Below, one piece after another: positions 40,596 to 50,791 of a stretch of 64,000 nucleotides of DNA. The DNA lies in assembly GCA_963745035.1 (NCBI GenBank), contig CAVUVW010000025.1:1-64000 (forward strand), written 5' to 3'. Each line of letters opens with the position of its first letter. Within the stretch, counting starts at the first letter, position 1. The notes under the pieces were generated by a model. The model saw only the letters and a list, made by a program, of their open reading frames with translations. It was not told the DNA's origin and searched no databases. The DNA is from an uncultured delta proteobacterium. Lineage in GTDB: Bacteria > Desulfobacterota > Binatia > UBA9968. A program made the position numbers and the translations under genes.

Positions 40596-42758
40596 ATGGT
40601 TCGGCATCCTTCCGACGATTCTTCCAAACCAACCGGCGCACAGCAAAAGATTCTTCAGTTGTTTGCCCGCCAGCCGCGGGCGCGGCTCACGCCGATCGAA
40701 ATTCATCGCCGCGCCGACTTTGCCGGCAACGACCTGCAGCAAGTCATCGACGCGCTCCGCGGCCTTTGCCGCCAGGGCCGCTTGGTGCGCCTTAAAAAAA
40801 ATCATTACGCTTTGCCGGACCGGCAAAATCTCGTGACTGGGCGAATCCAGGCCCATCCGGACGGCTACGGCTTTTTGATTCCCGACGACAAGGATGCGGA
40901 GGATCTTTATATCAACCGGCGCGAGATGCGCCGCGTCATGCACGGCGATCGGGTCATGGCGCGAAACGAACGCAAGCCGCGCGGCGGCAGCGAAGCACAC
41001 ATCGTGCAGGTCCTGGAGCGCGCGCAGAAGCGGCTGGTGGGAACCTACAACGAGATCGATCGCCAAGGCTATTTGATTCCGATGGACGCGCGAATCGCTC
41101 CCGTTCGCGTTAACACGGCCGGCAAGAAGCCGAACGAAGGCAAGGTAATCGCCGCCGAGATCTCCCGTTACGGCACGGCCATGTCGGGGCCGGAGGCGCA
41201 CGTCGTGAGCGTCATCGGCGATCCTGACGATCCGCAGGTGCAGGCGCAGTCCATCATATTTCGCTACGGACTCTCCACCAGTTTCCCCGCCGAAGTCCAT
41301 CAAGAGATAAGCAAAAGTTCTTACGCGATCGCCCCGGAAGAGATCTCCGCGCGCACCGACTTGCGCGGCTTGCCGATCGTCACCATCGACGGGGAGAACG
41401 CGCGCGATTTTGACGATGCCGTCTACGTTCGTCGGCAAGGCGCCGGCTACGAGCTTTATGTTTCGATCGCCGACGTCGCCGCTTACGTTCAACCGGGAAC
41501 CGCCCTCGACCAGGAAGCCTACGCCCGCGCCACGAGCGTCTACTTTCCCGATCGCGCCATACCGATGCTTCCCGAAGCGCTATCGAACGGCATCTGCAGC
41601 CTGAATCCCAACGAAGACCGATTAACCAAAACCGCCTGCATCGAATTTGACGCCAAGGGCCATGTGGTACGCAGCCGGTTTTTTAATTCGGTCATCCGCA
41701 GCCAGGAGCGCATGACGTACACCACCGTGCGGCGCATCCTGGTCGACCGCGATCCTGAAGCTCTTGAACGCTACAAGAATCTCGTCGGAGAGTTCGAGCT
41801 GATGGAGGAGCTTGCGCGGCTGATCTACGCGCAGCGCAAGGCGCGTGGTAATCTCGACTTCGATCTCCCTGAAGCCGAGATCATTCTCGACCTTCAGGGC
41901 GCGCCGGAAAACATCGTGCGCGCCGAGCGCAACATCGCCCATCGGATCATCGAGGAATTCATGATCGCCGCGAACGAGGCAGTGGCGCGCCAGTTGACGG
42001 AAAAGAACCTGCCCCTGCTCTACCGCGTGCATGAGGGACCCGATCGTGAAGCGTTGGAAGCGCTGGCGCCGTTCCTGCTCTCGCTCGGCTACCGTCTCTC
42101 CCTCAAGCAGGAGCGTATTTCACCACTGGAAATTCAGCGACTTTTGGAGTCGGCGCGCGGCAAACCTGAAGAGCGCGTGCTCAACCGCGTGCTGCTGCGA
42201 TCCATGAAGCAGGCCGTCTATCAGCCGGAAAACATCGGGCACTTCGGTTTGGCGTCGGCGTGCTACGCTCATTTCACGTCGCCGATTCGGCGTTATCCTG
42301 ATCTTGTCGTGCACCGCATGTTCGACAGAGCGCTGCACGGCGACAAGCTCAAGCCTAACGAGCGCGAAGACTTGATCCGCTACCTTCAGGAAGCCGGCAA
42401 GCACACCTCCGAGCGTGAGCGACACGCGATGGACGCCGAGCGCGAGATGGTCGGCCTCAAAAAGGCCCAGTTCATGATGAACAAGCTCGGCGAAGAATTC
42501 ACCGGCTTCATCACGACTTTGGCCAACTTCGGTTTCTTCGTCGAATTGGATGACTATTTTGTCGAAGGCCTGGTAAAACTTTCTTCCTTGATCGACGACG
42601 ACTACGACTACTTCGAAAAGGAGTATGTCATCAAAGGCCGCCGCCACGGACGAAAGTTTAAACTGGGCGATAACGTGCGGGTGAAGGTCGCAAGAATCAA
42701 CGCGTTTCGCAGCGAGATTGATTTTGAGTTAATTCCATTCTCTGTGGGCGTGGCATAG
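40596..42758 (+). CDS. rnr: Ribonuclease R
   Basis: HPDGYGF CSD, TIDGENARDFDDAV, IEEFMIAANEAVA, HFTSPIRRYPDLVVHR, C-terminal S1. Confidence 0.96.
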   Translation: MVRHPSDDSSKPTGAQQKILQLFARQPRARLTPIEIHRRADFAGNDLQQVIDALRGLCRQGRLVRLKKNHYALPDRQNLVTGRIQAHPDGYGFLIPDDKDAEDLYINRREMRRVMHGDRVMARNERKPRGGSEAHIVQVLERAQKRLVGTYNEIDRQGYLIPMDARIAPVRVNTAGKKPNEGKVIAAEISRYGTAMSGPEAHVVSVIGDPDDPQVQAQSIIFRYGLSTSFPAEVHQEISKSSYAIAPEEISARTDLRGLPIVTIDGENARDFDDAVYVRRQGAGYELYVSIADVAAYVQPGTALDQEAYARATSVYFPDRAIPMLPEALSNGICSLNPNEDRLTKTACIEFDAKGHVVRSRFFNSVIRSQERMTYTTVRRILVDRDPEALERYKNLVGEFELMEELARLIYAQRKARGNLDFDLPEAEIILDLQGAPENIVRAERNIAHRIIEEFMIAANEAVARQLTEKNLPLLYRVHEGPDREALEALAPFLLSLGYRLSLKQERISPLEIQRLLESARGKPEERVLNRVLLRSMKQAVYQPENIGHFGLASACYAHFTSPIRRYPDLVVHRMFDRALHGDKLKPNEREDLIRYLQEAGKHTSERERHAMDAEREMVGLKKAQFMMNKLGEEFTGFITTLANFGFFVELDDYFVEGLVKLSSLIDDDYDYFEKEYVIKGRRHGRKFKLGDNVRVKVARINAFRSEIDFELIPFSVGVA

Positions 42759-42849
42759 CCGCAACCGATTCTCGGAATATCTCCAGCATAGACGCAAGGT
42801 CACAAAGCTCGGAGTTATTCTTCGTAGTGCGCGCTTGTGCATCGACGGG

Positions 42850-43833
42850 CTATTTCCCCGGCTTCCACCCGGTGGCATCCAACTCCGCATTGATTTTGCG
42901 CGCCAGAGAATAATTATAGATACGCTCCACAGGCGGGGCATCTTTCGGGGCAAGGACTTTGAGGGCCTGATCGAGATATTTTTTCTGTAGGTCCAAGCCG
43001 ACGGTGCCGTCGGAGGTCATGATCGGCCGTACCAAGTCATAATATTGCCCGGCAAGATCATCTTTGAGCTTCATGTAGCGGAGCAGGATTGGAATTGTGC
43101 CGGCCTTGTTTTCTCTCGCGTAGCGCAGCCCTTTCACCGTACCGCGGACGAATTTCTCGACGAGCGCGGGATCGGATTGAAAGACTCTCTCATGCGCCAG
43201 AATGCTTCCTTGCAGCTCGACAAAATCCTCTTTTAGAAAAGAAACCAACTCACGAAAGCCGGCGTCCCTCACGGCAAAATTGAACGGCGGGCTGATCGTT
43301 CCCGCATCCACGGTACCGGCGCGCAGCGCCGCCGCGAGAGTCGCGGGCAAACCCAGGGCCAAGATGGTCACATCCCGCCCGGGTTCCATACCGTTGCGCT
43401 TCAAGGTCTCCCGCAAGAGATTGTCCGGGCCGCTGCCGAGGCCCGTCACGCCGACTCTTTTTCCTCTGAGAGACTTGATGTCTGGGATGTCCGGCTTGGA
43501 GTAGAGCCAAAACATGGGCCGAAAGAAGCTGCTGAAAGCAAACCGCAGCGGCATACCGCCCAAAATAGCGGTGAATCCGGCGCCGCTCATGGAGGCAAAA
43601 TCCGCGTTGCCGCCGATCAGGGCCGAAATACCGAGCGTGTCGCGCATCACGACCAAATTGACGTCCAGACCTTCGTCCTGATAGTAGCCCCTTTCCTTTG
43701 CAGCCGTGAAGGCGATCACAACCATGCTGAGGGTCGGCACGGCGATGTTCACGGTTCGCGCTTCGGTTTTTGCAACAGAAGAAATCAACGTAACCAAGCA
43801 CGCGAGAGTTGTCAGTTTCCATGTTGAGATCAT
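42850..43833 (-). CDS. ABC substrate-binding protein, NMT1/SsuA type
   Basis: Signal peptide, AKERGYYQDEGLDV, LRGKRVGVTGLGS. Confidence 0.9.
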   Translation of the reverse strand: MISTWKLTTLACLVTLISSVAKTEARTVNIAVPTLSMVVIAFTAAKERGYYQDEGLDVNLVVMRDTLGISALIGGNADFASMSGAGFTAILGGMPLRFAFSSFFRPMFWLYSKPDIPDIKSLRGKRVGVTGLGSGPDNLLRETLKRNGMEPGRDVTILALGLPATLAAALRAGTVDAGTISPPFNFAVRDAGFRELVSFLKEDFVELQGSILAHERVFQSDPALVEKFVRGTVKGLRYARENKAGTIPILLRYMKLKDDLAGQYYDLVRPIMTSDGTVGLDLQKKYLDQALKVLAPKDAPPVERIYNYSLARKINAELDATGWKPGK

Positions 43834-43911
43834 GAAACCATTGCTCCTTTTCTTGCAACTCCCTCTTTGAAAAAGAGGCCCGGGGGAGATTTCATTTAGA
43901 GTTCACGATTG

Positions 43912-44676
43912 CTACGCCACTGTGTACGGAATCTCAATTCCCCTCTGCTGATTCCACTCAGTGGCGACGATGGACTTCCCCGTTTCCCCGCGCGACTCGT
44001 CCGCTGCGAGATAGACTGCGCACGGCCGGACGATTTCCGGACTGAGCATCCTCACGCCGCGGTTGCCGGGAATGTTTCTAATCGCTTCAGTGGCGACGAT
44101 TCCGCCAGGATCGAGGCAGTTTACTCTGATGTTGTACGCCGCACTTTCCAGAGCGAGCACCTGAGTCAATCCTTCCACGCCGAATTTCGCCGCAGAATAT
44201 GGCCCTCGCAGAAGTTTGCCCCTCTTCCCCTGCGGCGAGGAAATATTAATGATCACTCCGCCGCCCTGCCTCCGCATCGTTTTAAGAGCTTCCCTGCTGC
44301 AGAGGAACACGCCATTGAGGTTGGTATCGAGGATCTTGCGCCAGACCTCTAATGGCGTCTCCGCCAGCTCGAGATTCAGCGGACCCCCGCGCGGCCAGGC
44401 AAAGCCGGCGTTGTTCACGACTACGTCCACCCGTCTAAATTTTTCAAGCGTGCGACCGAACAGCTGACCAACATCGGTCTCCGAAGTAACGTCAGCTTCG
44501 ACCCCGAGAACATTTTGCGCCGGCGCCACCAACCGCGCGGCGGCTTGGTTTACCTCCGCTATGGCAAGATCACAGATCACTACCTTTGCGCCTTCCTGCA
44601 CAAAAGCCTGCACGATCTCCCAGCCGAGACCTCGCGCCGACCCCGTGACGATCGCAACCTTGCCATCAAGCTTCAT
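43912..44676 (-). CDS. SDR family oxidoreductase
   Basis: TGSARGLG, NNAG, INISS, YSAAK, IRVNCLDPG. Confidence 0.93.
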   Translation of the reverse strand: MKLDGKVAIVTGSARGLGWEIVQAFVQEGAKVVICDLAIAEVNQAAARLVAPAQNVLGVEADVTSETDVGQLFGRTLEKFRRVDVVVNNAGFAWPRGGPLNLELAETPLEVWRKILDTNLNGVFLCSREALKTMRRQGGGVIINISSPQGKRGKLLRGPYSAAKFGVEGLTQVLALESAAYNIRVNCLDPGGIVATEAIRNIPGNRGVRMLSPEIVRPCAVYLAADESRGETGKSIVATEWNQQRGIEIPYTVA

Positions 44677-44815
44677 TGTACAAACCGATGTGTATGCAAT
44701 ATATAAGACACCGCATCTATAATGCCCCGGGCCGACCGATTGCAACAAGCTGTGCGGCAACCGATCTGCGAACCTAGACGGTGACAATCGGCGGATGTCC
44801 CACAGGAGGAAATTC

Positions 44816-45805
44816 ATGAAACACGCGAGCGCTGCTCTTTTGTTTTTTCTCTTGTGTCCATCGTCCCTTTCGGCCCAAAGCCAGAAGACATTGCTGATCG
44901 GATTGGCGAGCATCAGCGGCGGGATCGAGACGCTCTACGTCACCAAAAAAATCGGTGCCTTCAAACGCAACGGGCTGGACGTCGATTTTCTCCTACTGCA
45001 AGGCGGCAGCCAAGCCCTTCAAGTGCTCTTGTCGAACGAGATCAAACTCATCAGCGGCGGCGGTGGTACGGCGGCGCAGCGCGCTCGCTTCAAAGGCGCA
45101 GGCAATCTGATCGTCGCGACATACACACCGACCATGCCGTACAGTCTGTATGTCAACGGCAAGATACAAGATGCGAAGCGGCTCAAAGGGGCGAAGATCG
45201 CCATTTCCCGCTTCGGCAGCTCATCGGATTTCGCCGCGCGTTTCATGGTGAGCCGTTTGGGTCTCGATCCGGCAAAGGACGTCACCATCATGCAGATCGG
45301 CAATCAACGCGAGCGCATGAGTGCGTTGCTCAGCGGATCCGTGGACGGCTCCGTTGTCGACGCCCCCAACACGCTGATCGCTCGCCAGCAGGGATTCTTC
45401 GAGCTCGCCGACGCATCGAAGCTCGGCCTCAGCTATCCCCACAACAACATCGCGACCACTGATCGGTTCATCCGCGAGGAGCCGCAAACCGTCTTCAACT
45501 TTCTTCGCGCTTTCGTCGAAGGCATCGCCTTTTACCGCACGCGCAAAACGGAAACCGTTCAAATGATCAAAGAGTTTCTGCGCGTCAGCGACAATGCCAT
45601 CGCGGAGGAAGCCTATGACTACTATTCGCGCATCACTCCGCCCAAGCCCTACCCGAATACGGACGGCGTGCGCGGCGTGCTCGAAGAAATCGCCATAACT
45701 GAACCGGCCATAAAAAACGCCAAGGTCGAGCAATTCGTCGACGCCAGCTTCATCACCAAACTCGATCAGAGCGGCTATATTGACGGACTGTATAAGAAGA
45801 AATAA
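44816..45805 (+). CDS. ABC substrate-binding protein, NMT1/SsuA type
   Basis: AGGAGG RBS, signal peptide, AISRFGSSSD, FVDASFITKLDQSGYI. Confidence 0.9.
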   Translation: MKHASAALLFFLLCPSSLSAQSQKTLLIGLASISGGIETLYVTKKIGAFKRNGLDVDFLLLQGGSQALQVLLSNEIKLISGGGGTAAQRARFKGAGNLIVATYTPTMPYSLYVNGKIQDAKRLKGAKIAISRFGSSSDFAARFMVSRLGLDPAKDVTIMQIGNQRERMSALLSGSVDGSVVDAPNTLIARQQGFFELADASKLGLSYPHNNIATTDRFIREEPQTVFNFLRAFVEGIAFYRTRKTETVQMIKEFLRVSDNAIAEEAYDYYSRITPPKPYPNTDGVRGVLEEIAITEPAIKNAKVEQFVDASFITKLDQSGYIDGLYKKK

Positions 45806-45844
45806 TCAAAGAACTGACCGCGCGAAATCACCGAGGTATCCAGA

Positions 45845-46966
45845 GTGGAATCCGAACTCAAAGAAATGTTGGCTTCGCTCGACCGCACCGGCTATTGCCA
45901 ATGGATGAAAACGGAAGGCGTTCCTATCGTTGAAGGCTTTAGCGTCGAAGACGTGCGCGAGTTGAAGCTCAGTCCGTGGCGGCGCATGGGCGGCAGCGGC
46001 GCTTTTGTGCATCTTTATGGCATGGAGGGGCAGACCGGCATGTACGTGGCGGAAATTCCTCCCGGCGGCGCGTTGAACCCCGAGCGGCATCTTTACGAGG
46101 AAATGATTTGCATTCTCGCCGGCCATGGAGCGACAGAAATTTGGCACGACGGCGGGCAAAAGCGGCTGTTCGAATGGGGACCGTTCAGTCTCTTTGCCCC
46201 GCCGCTCAATAGCTGGCACCGGCTGGTCAACGGCGGCAGAGAGCCGGTGCGGCTTATGGCCGTAACCACAGCGCCGATCGCCATGGATTTTTATCGAAAT
46301 CCGGAATTCATTTTCAATTGTCCTCACACGTTTACCGATCGGTTCCGCGGCGAGGATGACTACTTCGCTACCAGTCAGAACTTTTACGCAGTCGGCATGC
46401 AGTCGATTTGGGAAACCAATTTTGTCCCGGACGCCAAAGAAGTCAAAGTTCGAGACGACCTCTACGTCAAGGGCACCGAAGTCGGTATGGTCCAGTTCGA
46501 AAGTTCAAAGAATGCGCTGATCGGTCATGTGGCCGACTGGCCAACCGGTCTTTATCACAAGGCCCATTACCACGGAGCCGGAGCGGTCATCGTGATTCTG
46601 AAATCCGAGGGATACACCTTGCTCTGGCCGAAGGAGAGCGGCACACAACCTTATGCGGCCGGCCGCAACGAGGAGGTCGTCGAGCTGCGCTGGCGCGAAG
46701 GTAGCGTGTTGAGCCCGCCGAGCGGCTGGTTTCACCAGCATTTCAACATTGGCAAAGAAGCGGCGCGCCAGCTCGCGCTCAGGTTCGGCAGCAGGCTCCA
46801 TCCCATCGGGCTGCACCAAGCGGCGAAGAAGAAAACCGATGGAGTCTATATCTCTGTTAAACGAGGCGGCACGATGATCGAATATGAGGACGAGGATCCC
46901 GAGATCCGCCGGCGCTTTGAAGAGAACCTCCAACGCGTCAGAACACCGATGAGAATCGGACCGTAA
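45845..46966 (+). CDS. Bicupin protein (gentisate-dioxygenase-like)
   Basis: ERHLYEE...PPLNSWH and KAHYHG...PPSGWFHQHFN cupin motifs. Confidence 0.82.
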   Translation: MESELKEMLASLDRTGYCQWMKTEGVPIVEGFSVEDVRELKLSPWRRMGGSGAFVHLYGMEGQTGMYVAEIPPGGALNPERHLYEEMICILAGHGATEIWHDGGQKRLFEWGPFSLFAPPLNSWHRLVNGGREPVRLMAVTTAPIAMDFYRNPEFIFNCPHTFTDRFRGEDDYFATSQNFYAVGMQSIWETNFVPDAKEVKVRDDLYVKGTEVGMVQFESSKNALIGHVADWPTGLYHKAHYHGAGAVIVILKSEGYTLLWPKESGTQPYAAGRNEEVVELRWREGSVLSPPSGWFHQHFNIGKEAARQLALRFGSRLHPIGLHQAAKKKTDGVYISVKRGGTMIEYEDEDPEIRRRFEENLQRVRTPMRIGP

Positions 46967-46967
46967 T

Positions 46968-47099
46968 TTCGAAGCACGAAATCCGAAACTCGAAACAGTG
47001 ACAAAGCGACAACGCTCTAGGTACTCATTGATTGCTTTCGCTTTCCGACTATTGTGAATTTCAGCGTTTTGTTTCGGATTTCGATATTCGGATTTCGAG
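46968..47099. repeat. Heptamer-based palindromic element (CGAAATC family)
   Basis: CACGAAATCCGAAACTCGAAACA...TGTTTCGGATTTCGATATTCGGATTTCGAG. Confidence 0.75.
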
Positions 47100-47131
47100 T
47101 TTGATTAGTAAGAAACTTCGGAGAGAAACAC

Positions 47132-48346
47132 ATGCCCGCTCCTAAGCGCAAAATTGGCCGGACCCATAAGAAGCTCCGCTTCGAAGACCTCGTCTCCACC
47201 GGTCCCGGCACTCTCGCCGGCAAGTTCATGCGCCGGTTTTGGCATCCTATTCACCGGGCGGAAGATGTCCGTCCCGGCCAAGCCAAACCGATAGAAATCA
47301 TGAGCGAGCGCTTCACGCTTTATCGGGGCAAAAGCGGTGCGCCGCACGTCGTGGATTTTCGCTGTCCGCACCGTGGCACGCAGCTTTCCGCCGGCTGGGT
47401 CGAAGGCGACTCGATCCGTTGCATGTACCATGGTTGGTGTTTCAACGCCGAAGGTCAATGCACCGAGCAGCCGGCGGAGGAGAAATCTTTCGTCGGCAAG
47501 ATCCGAATAAGGAGCTATCCGACTCGGGAATATCTCGGTTTGATCTTCGCGTACTTGGGTGAGGCCGAAGCACCGTCCTTTCCGCGCTATCGCCATATGG
47601 AAGAAGACGGCGTGCTCGAAGTTCTTTCAACCGAGATTTGGCCGTGCAATTTTTTTCAGCGCATCGACAACAACGGCGATACTTATCATGTGCCTTTCGT
47701 TCACCGCGGCGCTTATTCCGCTTCTTCGGATAACAATCGCAGCGGGCTGCCGGATATTTCCAAGGAAGAAAGTCCGTGGGGGACTACGGGATACGCTAGC
47801 TTTGCTCAGGGGTGGCGCAACGTCTTTCAATTCTTCATGCCCAACGTCTATGCATTCCGAAACCCTTCTCCCGAACCCGAGTGTATGTCGGAAGACCGCA
47901 TGCAGTGGGACGTTCCGCTCAACGACGAGTGTTCGTTGGAGTTTCGCTTACGCCGCCTGCCACTCAAGGGAGATGCTGCCGACAATTACCGCGCGCGCGC
48001 CGCCGCTGCATCCGCCGCTCCGAAAGTTTCGGTCGCGCAAATGGGCGAAGCCGTCTTGTCGGGCAAGTTGAGCTTTGAAGAGTTGGACCATTTCTTCAAT
48101 GACAAGATCTCTCTGGTGCATGCCCAAGACTACGTCGCTCAGGTCGGCCAGGGCTCCCGGGCGAATCGCGCCCGAGAACATCTCGGCCGCTCCGACACAG
48201 GAATTATTCTGTTCCGCAAGATTTGGGAGCGAGAGCTACGCGCGTTGGCCGAGGGGCGGCCGCTCAAGAAATGGGTGTTGCCCCAAGACGCCGAAATCAA
48301 GTTTCAGGAAGAGCCGGAAAAGCTAGTTCAGAACGCCGGAAGATAG
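47132..48346 (+). CDS. Rieske non-heme iron oxygenase (LigX/phthalate 4,5-dioxygenase-like)
   Basis: GPGTLAGKFMRRFWHP, CPH-x16-CMYH Rieske motif, DxxH-x4-H (DTYHVPFVH), AQD, EHLGRSD. Confidence 0.92.
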   Translation: MPAPKRKIGRTHKKLRFEDLVSTGPGTLAGKFMRRFWHPIHRAEDVRPGQAKPIEIMSERFTLYRGKSGAPHVVDFRCPHRGTQLSAGWVEGDSIRCMYHGWCFNAEGQCTEQPAEEKSFVGKIRIRSYPTREYLGLIFAYLGEAEAPSFPRYRHMEEDGVLEVLSTEIWPCNFFQRIDNNGDTYHVPFVHRGAYSASSDNNRSGLPDISKEESPWGTTGYASFAQGWRNVFQFFMPNVYAFRNPSPEPECMSEDRMQWDVPLNDECSLEFRLRRLPLKGDAADNYRARAAAASAAPKVSVAQMGEAVLSGKLSFEELDHFFNDKISLVHAQDYVAQVGQGSRANRAREHLGRSDTGIILFRKIWERELRALAEGRPLKKWVLPQDAEIKFQEEPEKLVQNAGR

Positions 48347-48404
48347 GAGTAGGATTACCATCAGCTACAGGGGAAAGGATCTATTCAATCAAGGAGGATC
48401 CCTT

Positions 48405-49703
48405 ATGATGATACGATCACCGAGGCCGACTCGGCTCTTGCTGGCTGGAACGCTCGTCGTCTTGTCCGCCGCCCTCCCCGTCATCGCGCAGCAAACCGGA
48501 GATCAGCAGGCGCCGGCGGCAGCCGACCCGGCAAAGCCGATGCCGATACAGCAACCGCAGCCCACCGCGGTACCGGGGAGACCGGATATTCCCAATGCCG
48601 AAGTCGCCAAGCAATTGCGCAACGTGGCACCGCTGCCCTTCGGCACACCGGCCGACAAGTTGCCGCTGGAACAACTCAAGGTTCCAAGGGGGTTTAACGT
48701 CGAGGTCTACGCGAGCGGCATCCCAAACGCCCGCTCCCTCAGGCTTGGCGACAAGGGAACCGTGTTCGTCAGCAACCGCGTGCTCGATAAGGTCTATGCG
48801 ATCGTCGATAAGGGCGGCAAGCGTGAGGCAAAAATCATCGCCTCGGGGCTCGACCGGCCCAACGGCCTTGCCTTTCACAAAGGCACGCTTTACATCGCCG
48901 AAGGCACGAAGATTTCCAAGCTGGAAAACATCGAAGACAACCTGGAAAATCCGCCGAAGCCCATGGTGATTTACAGCGATTTTCTGAATCACCAGTCGCA
49001 CGGATGGAAGTTCATGGGCCTTGGCCCCGACAACAAGCTTTACGTGAACGTCGGCGCACCGTGCAATATATGCGAACCGCCGGAGACCAACGGCCAGATC
49101 CGGCGCATCAATCTCGACGGCAGCGGCGCCGAGGTTGCGGCGCGCGGCGTGCGTAACTCGGTCGGCTTCGACTGGCATCCGGTGACGAAGGAGCTTTATT
49201 TCACGGACAACGCGCGCGACTGGCTGTCGGAGGATCTTCCCGAAGACGAGCTCAACCGCGTTACCAAACTCGGGCAGCACTTCGGCTTTCCTTACTGCCA
49301 TCAGGGCACCTTCACCGACCGCGAGATGGGTTGGGGCCGCTCCTGCGACGAGTTCGAAAAGCCCGTCGCGCTCATCGGCCCGCATTCCGCCGCCCTCGGC
49401 ATGCGCTTTTACACCGGCAAAATGTTCCCGAGCCAGTATCGGAACGCCATCTTCATCGCGCGCCACGGCTCGTGGAACCGCACCAAAAAGGTCGGCGGCG
49501 ACGTTATTTTGGTGAAGCTGAACAAGGACGGAACCGTAAGGTCGCAAGAGCCGTTTTTCACCGGTTTGCTGCGGAACAACGAATACAGCGGCCGGCCGGT
49601 GGACGTCGAAGTTCTGCGCGACGGCTCGCTGCTGGTTTCCGACGACTACGCCGGCGCGATCTACCGCGTGACCTACGGCGCCGCTAAGACCGCCGCGCGT
49701 TGA
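48405..49703 (+). CDS. PQQ-dependent sugar/L-sorbosone dehydrogenase-like beta-propeller protein
   Basis: Signal peptide, GAPCNIC, GVRNSVGFDW, HSAALGMRFY, HGSWNR, GRPVDV. Confidence 0.9.
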   Translation: MMIRSPRPTRLLLAGTLVVLSAALPVIAQQTGDQQAPAAADPAKPMPIQQPQPTAVPGRPDIPNAEVAKQLRNVAPLPFGTPADKLPLEQLKVPRGFNVEVYASGIPNARSLRLGDKGTVFVSNRVLDKVYAIVDKGGKREAKIIASGLDRPNGLAFHKGTLYIAEGTKISKLENIEDNLENPPKPMVIYSDFLNHQSHGWKFMGLGPDNKLYVNVGAPCNICEPPETNGQIRRINLDGSGAEVAARGVRNSVGFDWHPVTKELYFTDNARDWLSEDLPEDELNRVTKLGQHFGFPYCHQGTFTDREMGWGRSCDEFEKPVALIGPHSAALGMRFYTGKMFPSQYRNAIFIARHGSWNRTKKVGGDVILVKLNKDGTVRSQEPFFTGLLRNNEYSGRPVDVEVLRDGSLLVSDDYAGAIYRVTYGAAKTAAR

Positions 49704-50323
49704 ACCCGGCATTCGCAGCGCGGCGCCGCGTTTGGCGCCACGGACGCGCCTGCGCGCGCCCGTTTGTGTCGATAGTGGCCGCGGTCTTACTGGCGGCGCC
49801 GGTGCTGGACGCCGCCACCGTCGAGGAAAAAGCTGCCCCCTGCCTCGCTTGCCACGGCGCCGACGGTCAGTCCATAATTCCCGAGACGCCGTCCCTCGGC
49901 GGCCAGCCGGAGTTCTATCTCACGGTTCAACTCCTCATGTTTCGCGACCAGCTCCGTATCGTCGAGCCGATGAACCAGGCGATGCGCGGGCTCACCGACG
50001 AAGACTTGCGCAGCTTGGCCGCCTATCTGACGAAACTTTCTCCGCCCAAGCCCGTTCCTGGCCCGGTCGATGCGGGGCGCATGGAGCGCGCCCGCGCGCT
50101 CATCGAACGGCACCGCTGCAACTTTTGTCACCAGGGGAATTACGCCGGAGAACAGAACGTTTCCCGCCTGGCGGGCCAGCGCGAGGACTATCTCGTCAAA
50201 GCGCTGCGCGAATACAAAGACAACACGCGCCGCGGCTACGACGCCTCCATGGCGGACGTGCTGCATCCGCTGAGCGACGAGCAGATGCTCGATCTCGCCT
50301 ACTACTTCGCGCGGCTGCGCTGA
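49700..50323 (+). CDS. Diheme cytochrome c4-like protein
   Basis: CLACH and CNFCH heme motifs, LGGQPEFYL / LAGQREDYL, distal Met residues. Confidence 0.9.
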   Translation: MNPAFAARRRVWRHGRACARPFVSIVAAVLLAAPVLDAATVEEKAAPCLACHGADGQSIIPETPSLGGQPEFYLTVQLLMFRDQLRIVEPMNQAMRGLTDEDLRSLAAYLTKLSPPKPVPGPVDAGRMERARALIERHRCNFCHQGNYAGEQNVSRLAGQREDYLVKALREYKDNTRRGYDASMADVLHPLSDEQMLDLAYYFARLR

Positions 50324-50334
50324 TTCCCGGGCGC

Positions 50335-50628
50335 GAAATCTTCTGACGATCGCAGGCGAACAGAGGGAGCGAAATCGGCGCGACAGGTACCACGCGGCTC
50401 CGGCCGGCACGGCGAAAACGATCACGTGGACAAGGATTTCAGTCGCGATGGAATAGCCAGCAACAAAGACGCCGATCAAGAAATTGACCGCGGCAACCGC
50501 CAGCCACACCCAGATAAAAATCTTGGCGCCGTCCGCGCCTTGCTCTTGCGCTGGTTGATCTGCGCCGCGACAAAGACAAACACCGACAGCAGCACGAGGC
50601 CGATGACGGTCAATCTTAAGGTGTGCAT
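50335..50628 (-). CDS. Small membrane protein; frameshift near 50535, 3' end uncertain
   Basis: MHTLRLTVIGLVLLSVFVFV then IFIWVWLAVAAVNFLIGVFVAGYS..E..VFAVPAGAAWYL; three TM segments. Confidence 0.6.
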
Positions 50629-50761
50629 GATCGGTCACTCCGCCAGCGGAAACTTGGTCTGATGGAAATCAATAAGGTAGTGAACATCACCGGAAAATTC
50701 GCGCCACTAGGGACAAGCGCCGCCTGCAAGTCGAGCGCGCAAGATGAGAAACACGTGAATC

Positions 50762-50791
50762 GTAGGGGGGCGATCGGCCCGTAGCCCCTAC
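50762..50791. repeat. GTAG-type REP, degenerate
   Basis: GTAGGGG...GCCCCTAC; supplies the stop codon of the permease gene. Confidence 0.55.
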
